Assembly: GCF_900079115.1 (NCBI RefSeq)
Contig: NZ_LT549890.1
Coordinates: forward strand, 1-32,000
Direction of reading: 5' to 3'
Length of the DNA: 32,000 nucleotides
From: Saccharolobus solfataricus
Lineage (GTDB): Archaea; Thermoproteota; Thermoprotei_A; Sulfolobales; Sulfolobaceae
This document shows positions 1-8,519 of the stretch, piece by piece. Under the pieces are notes generated by a model, which searched no databases, had not been told where the DNA came from, and saw nothing but the letters and a program-made list of their open reading frames with translations. The translations under genes and the position numbers were made by a program. Numbering within the stretch: position 1 is the first letter of the stretch; every line of letters begins with the position of its first letter.

Positions 1-4
1 ACAA

Positions 5-18
5 AAATATATTATAAG
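5..18 (+). promoter_or_regulatory. TATA-like box for the leaderless GT2 transcript
   Basis: AAATATATTATAAG is centred about 25 nt upstream of the ATG at 36. This is the spacing expected for Sulfolobales leaderless promoters. Confidence 0.4.
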
Positions 19-35
19 ACGTGGTATGAAAAATA

Positions 36-1217
36 ATGCTGGATATTCTGCTAATAACGTTAAGTGGTATAGTATCCTCGTGGACTGTGTATAATGGTAT
101 ATTATCAATACTCGGGGTAACGTGGAAACCGTTCGAGAGCAAAAATCATAGTGGAATAACATTTAGTCTGATAGTTCCAGTCAAAAATGAGGAAAGAGTG
201 CTTCCTAGATTATTAGATCGGCTCGTAAATCTAGAATATGACAAGTCTAAATATGAAATAATAGTAGTAGAAGATGGTTCTACTGATAGAACCTTCCAAA
301 TTTGTAAAGAGTACGAGATAAAGTATAACAACCTTATAAGATGCTATAGTCTTCCGAGAGCTAACGTACCGAATGGGAAAAGTAGAGCGTTAAATTTTGC
401 CTTAAGGATTAGTAAGGGAGAAATTATAGGTATATTCGATGGAGATACAGTACCAAGATTAGATATTTTGGAGTACGTTGAACCAAAATTTGAGGATATT
501 ACCGTTGGTGCAGTTCAAGGAAAATTAGTTCCAATAAATGTGAGGGAAAGTGTAACAAGTAGATTAGCTGCTATTGAGGAATTAATATATGAATATTCAA
601 TAGCTGGAAGAGCTAAAGTTGGGCTCTTTGTACCAATTGAAGGAACTTGTTCTTTCATAAGGAAAAGTATAATTATGGAGTTAGGCGGATGGAATGAATA
701 TTCTCTCACTGAAGATCTAGATATTAGCCTCAAAATCGTTAATAAAGGCTGTAAGATCGTTTATTCTCCCACAACTATTAGTTGGAGGGAAGTTCCAGTT
801 AGCTTGAGGGTTTTAATTAGGCAAAGATTAAGATGGTATAGAGGGCATTTAGAAGTGCAATTAGGCAAACTTAGAAAGATCGATTTAAGAATAATAGACG
901 GTATACTAATAGTGCTTACGCCATTCTTTATGGTCTTAAATCTGGTGAATTACTCTCTAGTATTAGTATACTCTTCTTCCCTATACATTGTCGCAGCAAG
1001 CTTAGTTTCTTTAGCCTCTCTGCTTTCATTATTACTTATAATCTTAATAGCAAGGAGACATATGATAGAGTATTTCTATATGATTCCTTCGTTCGTTTAT
1101 ATGAACTTTATTGTCGCACTAAACTTCACTGCAATATTTTTAGAGTTAATAAGAGCACCTAGAGTGTGGGTAAAAACTGAAAGAAGTGCCAAGGTTACGG
1201 GGGAGGTCATGGGATGA
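36..1217 (+). CDS. Family 2 glycosyltransferase, processive (cellulose/chitin-synthase-like) type, with a C-terminal multi-pass membrane region
   Basis: GT2 motifs read in the translation: VPVKNEE, EDGSTD, FDGD (DxD), TEDLD and RQRLRWYRG (QxxRW). The last ~120 aa are hydrophobic helices. ATG start with an upstream TATA. Confidence 0.8.
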   Translation: MLDILLITLSGIVSSWTVYNGILSILGVTWKPFESKNHSGITFSLIVPVKNEERVLPRLLDRLVNLEYDKSKYEIIVVEDGSTDRTFQICKEYEIKYNNLIRCYSLPRANVPNGKSRALNFALRISKGEIIGIFDGDTVPRLDILEYVEPKFEDITVGAVQGKLVPINVRESVTSRLAAIEELIYEYSIAGRAKVGLFVPIEGTCSFIRKSIIMELGGWNEYSLTEDLDISLKIVNKGCKIVYSPTTISWREVPVSLRVLIRQRLRWYRGHLEVQLGKLRKIDLRIIDGILIVLTPFFMVLNLVNYSLVLVYSSSLYIVAASLVSLASLLSLLLIILIARRHMIEYFYMIPSFVYMNFIVALNFTAIFLELIRAPRVWVKTERSAKVTGEVMG

Positions 1218-1822
1218 TAACTGAATTTTTACTTAAAAAGAAATTAGAAGAACATTTAAGCCATGTAAAGGAAGAGAATACGATATATGTAACAGATTTA
1301 GTAAGATGCCCCAGAAGAGTAAGATATGAGAGTGAATACAAGGAGCTTGCAATCTCTCAGGTTTACGCGCCTTCAGCTATTTTAGGGGACATATTGCATC
1401 TCGGTCTTGAAAGCGTATTAAAAGGGAACTTTAATGCAGAAACTGAAGTTGAAACTCTGAGAGAAATTAACGTCGGAGGTAAAGTTTATAAAATTAAAGG
1501 AAGAGCCGATGCAATAATTAGAAATGACAACGGGAAGAGTATTGTAATTGAGATAAAAACTTCTAGAAGTGATAAAGGATTACCTCTAATTCATCATAAA
1601 ATGCAGCTACAGATATATTTATGGTTATTTAGTGCAGAAAAAGGTATACTAGTTTACATAACTCCAGATAGGATAGCTGAGTATGAAATAAACGAACCTT
1701 TAGATGAAGCAACAATAGTAAGACTTGCAGAGGATACAATAATGTTACAAAACTCACCTAGATTCAACTGGGAATGTAAATATTGCATATTTTCCGTCAT
1801 TTGCCCAGCTAAACTAACCTAA
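1214..1822 (+). CDS. cas4: Cas4-like PD-(D/E)XK exonuclease with a 4-Cys Fe-S cluster signature (stand-alone, not CRISPR-linked)
   Basis: N-terminal Cys in DLVRCPRR plus the C-terminal CKYCIFSVIC give the 1+3 Cys arrangement of Cas4/RecB-family nucleases. The nuclease core is GRADAII ... IVIEIKTS (D, ExK). The ATGA overlap with the upstream GT2 stop implies translational coupling. Confidence 0.75.
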   Translation: MITEFLLKKKLEEHLSHVKEENTIYVTDLVRCPRRVRYESEYKELAISQVYAPSAILGDILHLGLESVLKGNFNAETEVETLREINVGGKVYKIKGRADAIIRNDNGKSIVIEIKTSRSDKGLPLIHHKMQLQIYLWLFSAEKGILVYITPDRIAEYEINEPLDEATIVRLAEDTIMLQNSPRFNWECKYCIFSVICPAKLT

Positions 1823-1853
1823 AATTAAAATCTCTCATCGATATAATTAAATT

Positions 1854-3056
1854 GTGCACACTAGACCAGTAGTTGCCACAATAGCTGGGAGTGACAGTGG
1901 AGGAGGTGCTGGATTACAGGCTGATCTAAAGACGTTTAGCGCATTAGGAGTTTTTGGTACAACAATAATAACCGGTTTAACAGCACAGAATACAAGAACA
2001 GTTACAAAAGTATTAGAGATACCATTAGATTTCATTGAAGCTCAGTTTGATGCGGTTTGCCTAGATTTACATCCAACTCACGCCAAAACTGGAATGTTAG
2101 CTTCTGGTAAAGTGGTAGAACTTGTACTGAGAAAAATTAGAGAGTATAACATAAAACTAGTTTTAGATCCAGTGATGGTTGCGAAATCTGGATCATTATT
2201 GGTAACAGAGGATATCTCGGAGCAAATAAAAAAGGCGATGAAGGAGGCCATAATATCTACTCCAAACAGATATGAAGCTGAGATAATAAATAAGACAAAG
2301 ATTAATAGTCAAGATGATGTTATAAAAGCGGCAAGGGAAATTTATTCTAAGTATGGGAATGTTGTAGTTAAAGGATTTAATGGAGTAGATTACGCCATAA
2401 TTGACGGAGAAGAAATAGAGTTAAAAGGTGATTACATCAGTACTAAAAATACACATGGTAGTGGAGACGTATTTTCTGCCTCCATAACTGCATATCTTGC
2501 CTTGGGATACAAACTTAAAGATGCATTAATAAGAGCTAAAAAATTCGCTACAATGACAGTCAAATACGGTTTGGACTTAGGAGGAGGATATGGACCAGTA
2601 GATCCCTTTGCCCCTATAGAGTCCATAGTGAAGAGAGAAGAAGGAAGAAATCAGCTAGAAAACTTACTTTGGTACTTAGAGTCTAATCTTAACGTTATAC
2701 TTAAACTAATTAACGATACCTCGAAAGTAAATGTGGCATATATGACAAAGTATAATGATGTATTAAGTTTAGCTGGAGGATTAATAAAATATTTGGACAA
2801 GCTGAAGATTGATGGACCGATACTTAATAATGTAAATAACGAGATAACTAGAATCATGAGAGAAACACCAGATGAGAAAATAGGAATATTATTGCCATTT
2901 ACTGATAAAATATTAGACGCTGCGGAAAAAGGTAAAATAAAATTAAATAAAAGTGGTATTAATGGGGACGCAATACTACGAGATAATATGGTATTAATTA
3001 TAGCCAAGGATAAGGATGAGTTAATAAGAAAGTTAAAAGAGGTAGCTATAGGTTGA
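1854..3056 (+). CDS. thiDN: Bifunctional ThiD/ThiN: hydroxymethylpyrimidine (phosphate) kinase fused to a ThiN-type thiamine-phosphate synthase
   Basis: The N-terminus [18 protein letters not shown] and [10 protein letters not shown] are ThiD hallmarks. The ~150-aa C-terminal extension matches the archaeal ThiN fusion architecture. GTG start. Confidence 0.8.
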   Translation: MHTRPVVATIAGSDSGGGAGLQADLKTFSALGVFGTTIITGLTAQNTRTVTKVLEIPLDFIEAQFDAVCLDLHPTHAKTGMLASGKVVELVLRKIREYNIKLVLDPVMVAKSGSLLVTEDISEQIKKAMKEAIISTPNRYEAEIINKTKINSQDDVIKAAREIYSKYGNVVVKGFNGVDYAIIDGEEIELKGDYISTKNTHGSGDVFSASITAYLALGYKLKDALIRAKKFATMTVKYGLDLGGGYGPVDPFAPIESIVKREEGRNQLENLLWYLESNLNVILKLINDTSKVNVAYMTKYNDVLSLAGGLIKYLDKLKIDGPILNNVNNEITRIMRETPDEKIGILLPFTDKILDAAEKGKIKLNKSGINGDAILRDNMVLIIAKDKDELIRKLKEVAIG

Positions 3057-3934
3057 TAATCGTAGTAGGAAGTTACAACGTTGATGTAATATTGAAAGTT
3101 AATAAAATACCTGAAATTGGAGAAACTGTAATAGCTGATGAATTATACATAACGCATGGAGGTAAAGGCTCAAATCAGGCAGTATCAGCTTCAAGATTAG
3201 GAAGCCATGTTAAAATAATCGTTGCAGTGGGAGATGATAAACATGGAACTGATGCGATCGAATTTTGGAAATCAGAAAATATTGACGTATCTAAAGTGAA
3301 AGTAAAGAGTGGTATAAACACTGGAACTGCATATATATTCGTTGACAAGAAAGGAAGAAATATCATTGTTGTAAACAGAGGTGCAAATTACTATTTGTCA
3401 GAAGACGATTTAAATAATAGCCTCGAGGGTGACATATTATTAATGCAATTGGAAATAAGGGAAAGTGTAGTTAAAAAGGCAGCAAAGGAGTTTAACGGAA
3501 TAAAAATACTTAATCCCGCCCCAGCTAACCTTAAAGATACTGAAATTTTGTCATTAGTAGATATTATAACACCTAATGAAATAGAGTTCAAAGAGTTAGT
3601 AAATACTGACGATTTCGAATATGGTTTAAATCTATTGCTAAAGAAAGTAAAAAAGGCGGTGATAGTTACGCTAGGGGAAAGAGGAGCACTTCTGGCAACT
3701 AGAGACGGAAAAAAGGTACTTATACCAGCTCCTAAAGTAAATGTTATCGATGAAACGGGAGCTGGTGACGTATTTAATGCAGCGCTTTCCGTGTATTTAG
3801 AAAAGGGGTATGACCTTGAGACTGCAGTTGAATATGCGAATAAGGTTGCAGCGCTTTCCGTAACTAAGATAGGAGCTTTAGGACCAAAATTAGATGAGGT
3901 GGTGAGATTTCTTGAAGAAATCGACAAAGCGTAA
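3053..3934 (+). CDS. rbsK: Ribokinase / PfkB-family sugar kinase
   Basis: GGKGSNQAVSASRLG (ribokinase signature 1), TPNEIE, and GAGDVFNAA (signature 2 / anion hole). TTG start overlaps the thiDN stop (TTGA). Confidence 0.7.
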   Translation: MIIVVGSYNVDVILKVNKIPEIGETVIADELYITHGGKGSNQAVSASRLGSHVKIIVAVGDDKHGTDAIEFWKSENIDVSKVKVKSGINTGTAYIFVDKKGRNIIVVNRGANYYLSEDDLNNSLEGDILLMQLEIRESVVKKAAKEFNGIKILNPAPANLKDTEILSLVDIITPNEIEFKELVNTDDFEYGLNLLLKKVKKAVIVTLGERGALLATRDGKKVLIPAPKVNVIDETGAGDVFNAALSVYLEKGYDLETAVEYANKVAALSVTKIGALGPKLDEVVRFLEEIDKA

Positions 3935-4021
3935 AATGAAAAGTGATAGAAAAGAAGAGGAACATTGCATAGCAGGATTTTGTGATCTAGATTTTGTAGA
4001 TATAACGGAGCGAGAGGATCT

Positions 4022-4708
4022 ATGAAAATTACCTTTATTGGAACTGGAGCTGGTTCTAGTCTAGGGCTAAAAAGGGTTAAGTCCAGTATATTAATTAACG
4101 ATAAAGTACTTCTTGACTTAGGTCCTGGGGCTGAGTTAAGATTAGAAGATCTAAGAATACATCCGAAAGCTCTCTTTATTACTCATTTGCATATTGATCA
4201 TTTCAGTGGAGTTTTTGACTATTTAGTCCAGAGGAAAATAAGACAAATCCCCGAATTAGTAATCTATTCTCCCAAAGGCTTTTCAGAAGTCCTAAACATA
4301 TACACTAGAATAGGAAATAATATTTCGGCTAAAATATATGAAAGCGACTTACCCAGCGGTAAAATTGACGAAATGGAAATATATTCGATTCAAGCTTGTC
4401 ACTCGATTTATGCCGTTAGCTACATTATAAGCGATGGAAATACGAGAGTATTATATACTGGTGATACTAAAGAACCTTGTAATGCTATACTAGAAAACAT
4501 AAAAGATGTTGATTTGATCATTCATGAAACAACTTGTGTAGATGACTGTAGTATTTGGGGACATACTTCAATAAAACAAATATTTGAGTTATTTAGCAAT
4601 AAGAGAATTTTTGCTACACACATTCCGGCCGAAATTGAAGAAAAAATAATAAGCCTTGCTAATAATAAAATAAATATTGCTTTTGACGGGTTGTCATTAA
4701 ATGTGTAG
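4022..4708 (+). CDS. Metallo-beta-lactamase-fold hydrolase
   Basis: HLHIDH (HxHxDH) metal motif and a later HET/H residue. The 228-aa size fits small MBL hydrolases. Substrate unknown. Confidence 0.65.
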   Translation: MKITFIGTGAGSSLGLKRVKSSILINDKVLLDLGPGAELRLEDLRIHPKALFITHLHIDHFSGVFDYLVQRKIRQIPELVIYSPKGFSEVLNIYTRIGNNISAKIYESDLPSGKIDEMEIYSIQACHSIYAVSYIISDGNTRVLYTGDTKEPCNAILENIKDVDLIIHETTCVDDCSIWGHTSIKQIFELFSNKRIFATHIPAEIEEKIISLANNKINIAFDGLSLNV

Positions 4709-5423
4709 AATTTTGGCTTTTCATACTAAGGGCGAAATTTCAAAAGAATACGTAAATGCATTAATAAGGGCAAGTAGAAATGATATTTTCTCTAAATATG
4801 GAAGTCATCCAGATGGATGGGGTCTAAGTATATTTCTCAAGAGAAATGATAAATGGAAGGTAATTTATTATAGATCAGAAGATCCAATATATGAGGATCC
4901 TAACATCAGTTATCTAATTGATATTGCCAAGGGAGAGGACATAGTTGGAGTTATTCATGCAAGAAAAGCCGGTAGGAAATTTCTTACCGGACTATCTCAC
5001 GCTCATCCCTATTACATGCGAGCAAACATCTATGATCTCTACTTTGCTCATAATGGTTCAGTTAGTAGAACAAGCTTTAAAGATAGCAATAGACCATTCA
5101 CAGATAGCTATCTAATTCTAGAAGAGATTAAGACTTTAATAGAGAGTAATATGTCTCCATTTGACGCGTATGCAATAACTCTAGATAAACTGAAGGACTG
5201 TTCTACGAGCTTAAATTCAAGTTTGATTTATTACAATAAGAAGGAAGGACCCTCTATTCTAATTGGATATTATTATAATAGGAATAGATTATCAAAAGAG
5301 ACTAATGAAGAGTATTACAAGCTATATACAGACAATAAAAGATACATCTTTTCATCAACAATAAAATATTATCTAGGAGTAGATGCAGAGGAACTTATAA
5401 TGGGAAGTATTATACATCTTTAA
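4701..5423 (+). CDS. Class II (Ntn-type) glutamine amidotransferase-like protein, stand-alone (YafJ/EgtC-like)
   Basis: Starts with MC (Cys2 nucleophile after Met removal), then HARKA...HPY and FAHNG motifs typical of GATase_2-like proteins. Overlaps the MBL gene by 8 nt. Confidence 0.6.
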   Translation: MCRILAFHTKGEISKEYVNALIRASRNDIFSKYGSHPDGWGLSIFLKRNDKWKVIYYRSEDPIYEDPNISYLIDIAKGEDIVGVIHARKAGRKFLTGLSHAHPYYMRANIYDLYFAHNGSVSRTSFKDSNRPFTDSYLILEEIKTLIESNMSPFDAYAITLDKLKDCSTSLNSSLIYYNKKEGPSILIGYYYNRNRLSKETNEEYYKLYTDNKRYIFSSTIKYYLGVDAEELIMGSIIHL

Positions 5424-5464
5424 GAGGTATAAATTCTTAAGCATGAAGATTATAATATTTATTT

Positions 5465-6313
5465 ATGAAGGAGAGTCTCATAGAAGCAAAAGTTATGGAT
5501 TATGGTAAACTAAAGGACATTCAAAAGGAAATTTTATATTACAAGCTCTATGTTGACGCATTGAAAAAGAAAGGGATTAAGGAAAAAGTGGACCCACCCC
5601 CTACCTTGCCCAAATCTATTGTATCTTCAGTGCTCACTGGAGGAATCCCTAGAGATGGCCCACTACAGATAGAATTAGTTAGTAATGATGTAGTAAAGAT
5701 AAAGGAGTATAACACTTTAGTAAAAATACAGAGTGATTCTAGGCTACCGTTATATGCCATAGTAGAGTACAGGGATACTGATATAAGGGTTTATTTAGCT
5801 TATCGAGAGAATCCTAGCATAGTTGGATTAGACCTAGGCTTACGGCATCTAATAACAATTGTTGCAATAAAAGATACCAAACCATGGAAAGTGAGATTCT
5901 TTGATGAGCCTAAACTTATGGAGAAATTTGCAAATTTCTTAAGTGAAAATCAAGGAATTATTAAGTTAGAAGAAATGAAGAGTAACGCTAAAAGAATTAT
6001 TTACGAAGCTGTAAGCTTTATTGAAGATTTAGAACCAAAAGTAGTTGCGATGGAGAATTTGGAATATTTTGAGACCAAAACGGGTAAAGGATTAAGAGCT
6101 TTACAGAATATGCTAGAGAACGAAATACGAAGAAGAGGTATTAGATATAGAAAAATAGACCCATATAACACATCAAGGGTATGTGCAAAGTGTGGATACA
6201 AGAAAGGTGAAATATTAGGCTCGCTATTTGTATGTCCAGCATGTGGATATAAAGCGGATAGAGATTATAACGCAGCATATAATATAGCACTAAAATGTTA
6301 TTACACTTGCTAA
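5465..6313 (+). CDS. Compact TnpB/OrfB-like protein (RuvC-like nuclease + C-terminal zinc ribbon), no adjacent TnpA
   Basis: Candidate RuvC triad: GLDLGLRHL (D), VVAMENLE (E), ADRDYNAAYNI (D). The zinc ribbon CAKCGY...CPACGY lies between the second and third motifs, as in IS200/IS605 OrfB. At 282 aa it is much shorter than typical ~400-aa TnpB. Confidence 0.7.
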   Translation: MKESLIEAKVMDYGKLKDIQKEILYYKLYVDALKKKGIKEKVDPPPTLPKSIVSSVLTGGIPRDGPLQIELVSNDVVKIKEYNTLVKIQSDSRLPLYAIVEYRDTDIRVYLAYRENPSIVGLDLGLRHLITIVAIKDTKPWKVRFFDEPKLMEKFANFLSENQGIIKLEEMKSNAKRIIYEAVSFIEDLEPKVVAMENLEYFETKTGKGLRALQNMLENEIRRRGIRYRKIDPYNTSRVCAKCGYKKGEILGSLFVCPACGYKADRDYNAAYNIALKCYYTC

Positions 6314-6315
6314 TA

Positions 6316-7299
6316 CTAAATACTCCAATAATTCCTCAAAATATTCTTCTCTTCACTCAGATAATTCATAAATCTGGATCTCACCGAATCGTTTGACTGA
6401 TATTTTTTATACTCCATTTTTATGTTTGCAAATCCTTCTAAAAACGCCTTTAAACCTTTTATTAAACCTTTATCGTAGCCCCCCTCTAAAACTGCATACT
6501 TTTTAGTGAATTTATTACTGAGTACTCCAAAACTATAGAATGTGTATTCAGTAGCGTTCACTGATGCTAGACCGTCGCCCATGTAAGAGTCAAATCCAGC
6601 AGAATAAGCGATAACTGCTGGTTTGAAGTCATCTAAAATTGCCTGGATAATTGGAATTAATTCCTCATATAAATCGTCACTACCTAAAGGAGGAATTAGT
6701 AAGTTAATCTTCGTCCCTTCTGCATCTTTCTCGCCTATCATATCTGGGAAACCGTTTCCAGGATAGATAGTTCTAGGATCTTGATGCACATCAATATGCA
6801 AAATATCTGGATCATCATAAAAAATCTCTTGAGTGCCATTGCCGTAATGCACATCAAAATCAATAATTGCAACTCTCTTTAGCTTGTACTTCTTAATGGG
6901 ATATGCTACATTATTAAAAATGCAAAAACCTAGGGTAGGAGCACCAAACGCTCTACCGTTAACTCCAGCGTGATGACCAGGTGGCCTAACTAATGCAAAA
7001 CCATTAGTCTCAAATGCCTCTAATGCACCACCCATTGCATAAAGTGCGGACTCATAGGTGTACCTATTAGTATAAGTATCTTCGTCTAAGTTCTCTTCTA
7101 ATTTGGAGTGTTTTTCAACTAATTTAACGTAATCTTCCGAATGTATTATTTGTGGATCATCAACTTTAATAGGTTTTTTGAACTTAACCTTAAGTTGATT
7201 AATTGCAGATAATGCCTTGTCTATTCTACTGGGATTCTCAACGTGATACCCCTTTGGAGCATGATACTTGTATATATCATCATAAACAATAGTTATCAT
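6316..7299 (-). CDS. Histone deacetylase-family enzyme (AcuC / acetylpolyamine or protein-lysine deacetylase-like), paralog 1
   Basis: RPPGHHA, DFDVHYGNGTQ and GFD...GD motifs of the arginase/deacetylase superfamily. Confidence 0.8.
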   Translation of the reverse strand: MITIVYDDIYKYHAPKGYHVENPSRIDKALSAINQLKVKFKKPIKVDDPQIIHSEDYVKLVEKHSKLEENLDEDTYTNRYTYESALYAMGGALEAFETNGFALVRPPGHHAGVNGRAFGAPTLGFCIFNNVAYPIKKYKLKRVAIIDFDVHYGNGTQEIFYDDPDILHIDVHQDPRTIYPGNGFPDMIGEKDAEGTKINLLIPPLGSDDLYEELIPIIQAILDDFKPAVIAYSAGFDSYMGDGLASVNATEYTFYSFGVLSNKFTKKYAVLEGGYDKGLIKGLKAFLEGFANIKMEYKKYQSNDSVRSRFMNYLSEEKNILRNYWSI

Positions 7300-7340
7300 T
7301 TAGCCTATCTTTTTATAACACGTCTATTTAAGTTTAAAAC

Positions 7341-8396
7341 ATGAATCGAATACAGAGAGTACAAAAAGAATTGGAGAGAGCTAATGCAGATTACTTAATA
7401 ACTGGCACTACTAGCAATATGTACTATTTAATAGGATTTTCTGAGGAACAAATGGAAAGGCCACTTTTACTTTTCATTACCAGAGACGATTATTTTCTAC
7501 TTGTACCAAAACTTTATGAGGAGCAATTAAAGCAATTTCCGCTTATCGTCTACAGAGACGGAGAGGATCCTTACTCCAAGCTAAATTTGAAGGAAAATTC
7601 TAATGTTTTAATTGACGATACAACCTTCTCGCTATTTACTATAGAAATACTAAATAGATTCAAACCTGGAAGAATAGGCAGAGCCTCACGTATATTGGGA
7701 AAGCTTAGACAAGTAAAGGATGATGAGGAATTAGAAAAAATGGAGAAAGGTGTTAAGAAAGCGGAACAACTTATTTTAGAATTTGTATCGAACATAAAGG
7801 AAAATATGACAGAGTGCCAAATAGAGAGAAAATTAAAGAGTTTCTTGATCGAAGAGGCGGGTAATATATCGTTTGATCCAATAGTAACCTCCGGTCCTAA
7901 CTCTTCTATGCCTCACTTAAGATGTAGTGATAAAAAGGTAAAACGAGGTGAGGCAATAGTTATAGATTATGGGATAAAGCATGATGGCTACTCTACTGAC
8001 ACCACAAGAGTGTTCTCCTTAGGTAAACCTAATGATCCTTTAATTTTAGAAATTGTCGAAATTGTTAAAACTGCGAATGAAGAGGCTGAAAAGCATGTAA
8101 GAGAAGGTATGAGAGCAAAGGAAATTGACTATTTTGCTAGAGAAGTCATAACTAATAAAGGGTATGGGGACTATTTTATTCACAGAACTGGACATGGTAT
8201 AGGAATCGACGTTCATGAAGATCCATATATTTCGCCGGATAACGATGATGTAATAGAGCAAAATATGGTGTTTACTATAGAGCCTGGAATTTATCTACCA
8301 GGCAAATTTGGGATAAGGATAGAAGACGAAGTAGTAGTAAAAAAAGGTTATGGGAAAACACTAAACATGTTACAAAAAGAATTATACATTATATAA
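7341..8396 (+). CDS. pepQ: Xaa-Pro dipeptidase / M24B metallopeptidase
   Basis: Creatinase-like N-domain, then M24 metal ligands in DYG...D, HRTGHGIGIDVHE, EPGIY and IRIEDEV. Confidence 0.8.
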   Translation: MNRIQRVQKELERANADYLITGTTSNMYYLIGFSEEQMERPLLLFITRDDYFLLVPKLYEEQLKQFPLIVYRDGEDPYSKLNLKENSNVLIDDTTFSLFTIEILNRFKPGRIGRASRILGKLRQVKDDEELEKMEKGVKKAEQLILEFVSNIKENMTECQIERKLKSFLIEEAGNISFDPIVTSGPNSSMPHLRCSDKKVKRGEAIVIDYGIKHDGYSTDTTRVFSLGKPNDPLILEIVEIVKTANEEAEKHVREGMRAKEIDYFAREVITNKGYGDYFIHRTGHGIGIDVHEDPYISPDNDDVIEQNMVFTIEPGIYLPGKFGIRIEDEVVVKKGYGKTLNMLQKELYII

Positions 8397-8408
8397 TTTC
8401 GGCCATAA

Positions 8409-8420
8409 TTTTTTAATTTC
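8409..8420 (+). terminator. T-rich tract downstream of pepQ (candidate archaeal intrinsic terminator)
   Basis: TTTTTTAATTTC begins 13 nt after the pepQ stop. Archaeal RNAP terminates at oligo-T tracts. Confidence 0.3.
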
Positions 8421-8519
8421 AGAATTTCTCTTCAAATGGTAATATTACATCTATGGTCGTTCTTAGTACTATAAAGAACGGAAGAAGGAAAACACTTAAA
8501 AGCATTTAGATATATCTTT

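Noticed and set aside
3935-4021. GTGATAG / TGTGATC elements in the rbsK-MBL spacer, considered as a C/D sRNA.
   Set aside because: The boxes are degenerate and no CTGA lies 12 nt downstream of either.
6965-7000. Perfect C-box-like GTGATGA with a 12-nt spacer inside both HDAC genes (also at ~27229).
   Set aside because: It is the reverse complement of the codons for the conserved catalytic histidine motifs of the - strand deacetylase genes (PGHHAG in paralog 1; DGHHAD at ~27229 in paralog 2). No C'/D boxes follow.
8458-8480. Hairpin CGTTCTT-N9-AAGAACG between pepQ and the surface-protein gene.
   Set aside because: The 7-bp stem is short enough to occur by chance. Archaeal termination does not need hairpins, and an oligo-T tract nearer the pepQ stop already explains termination. 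Noted only as a possible regulatory element.
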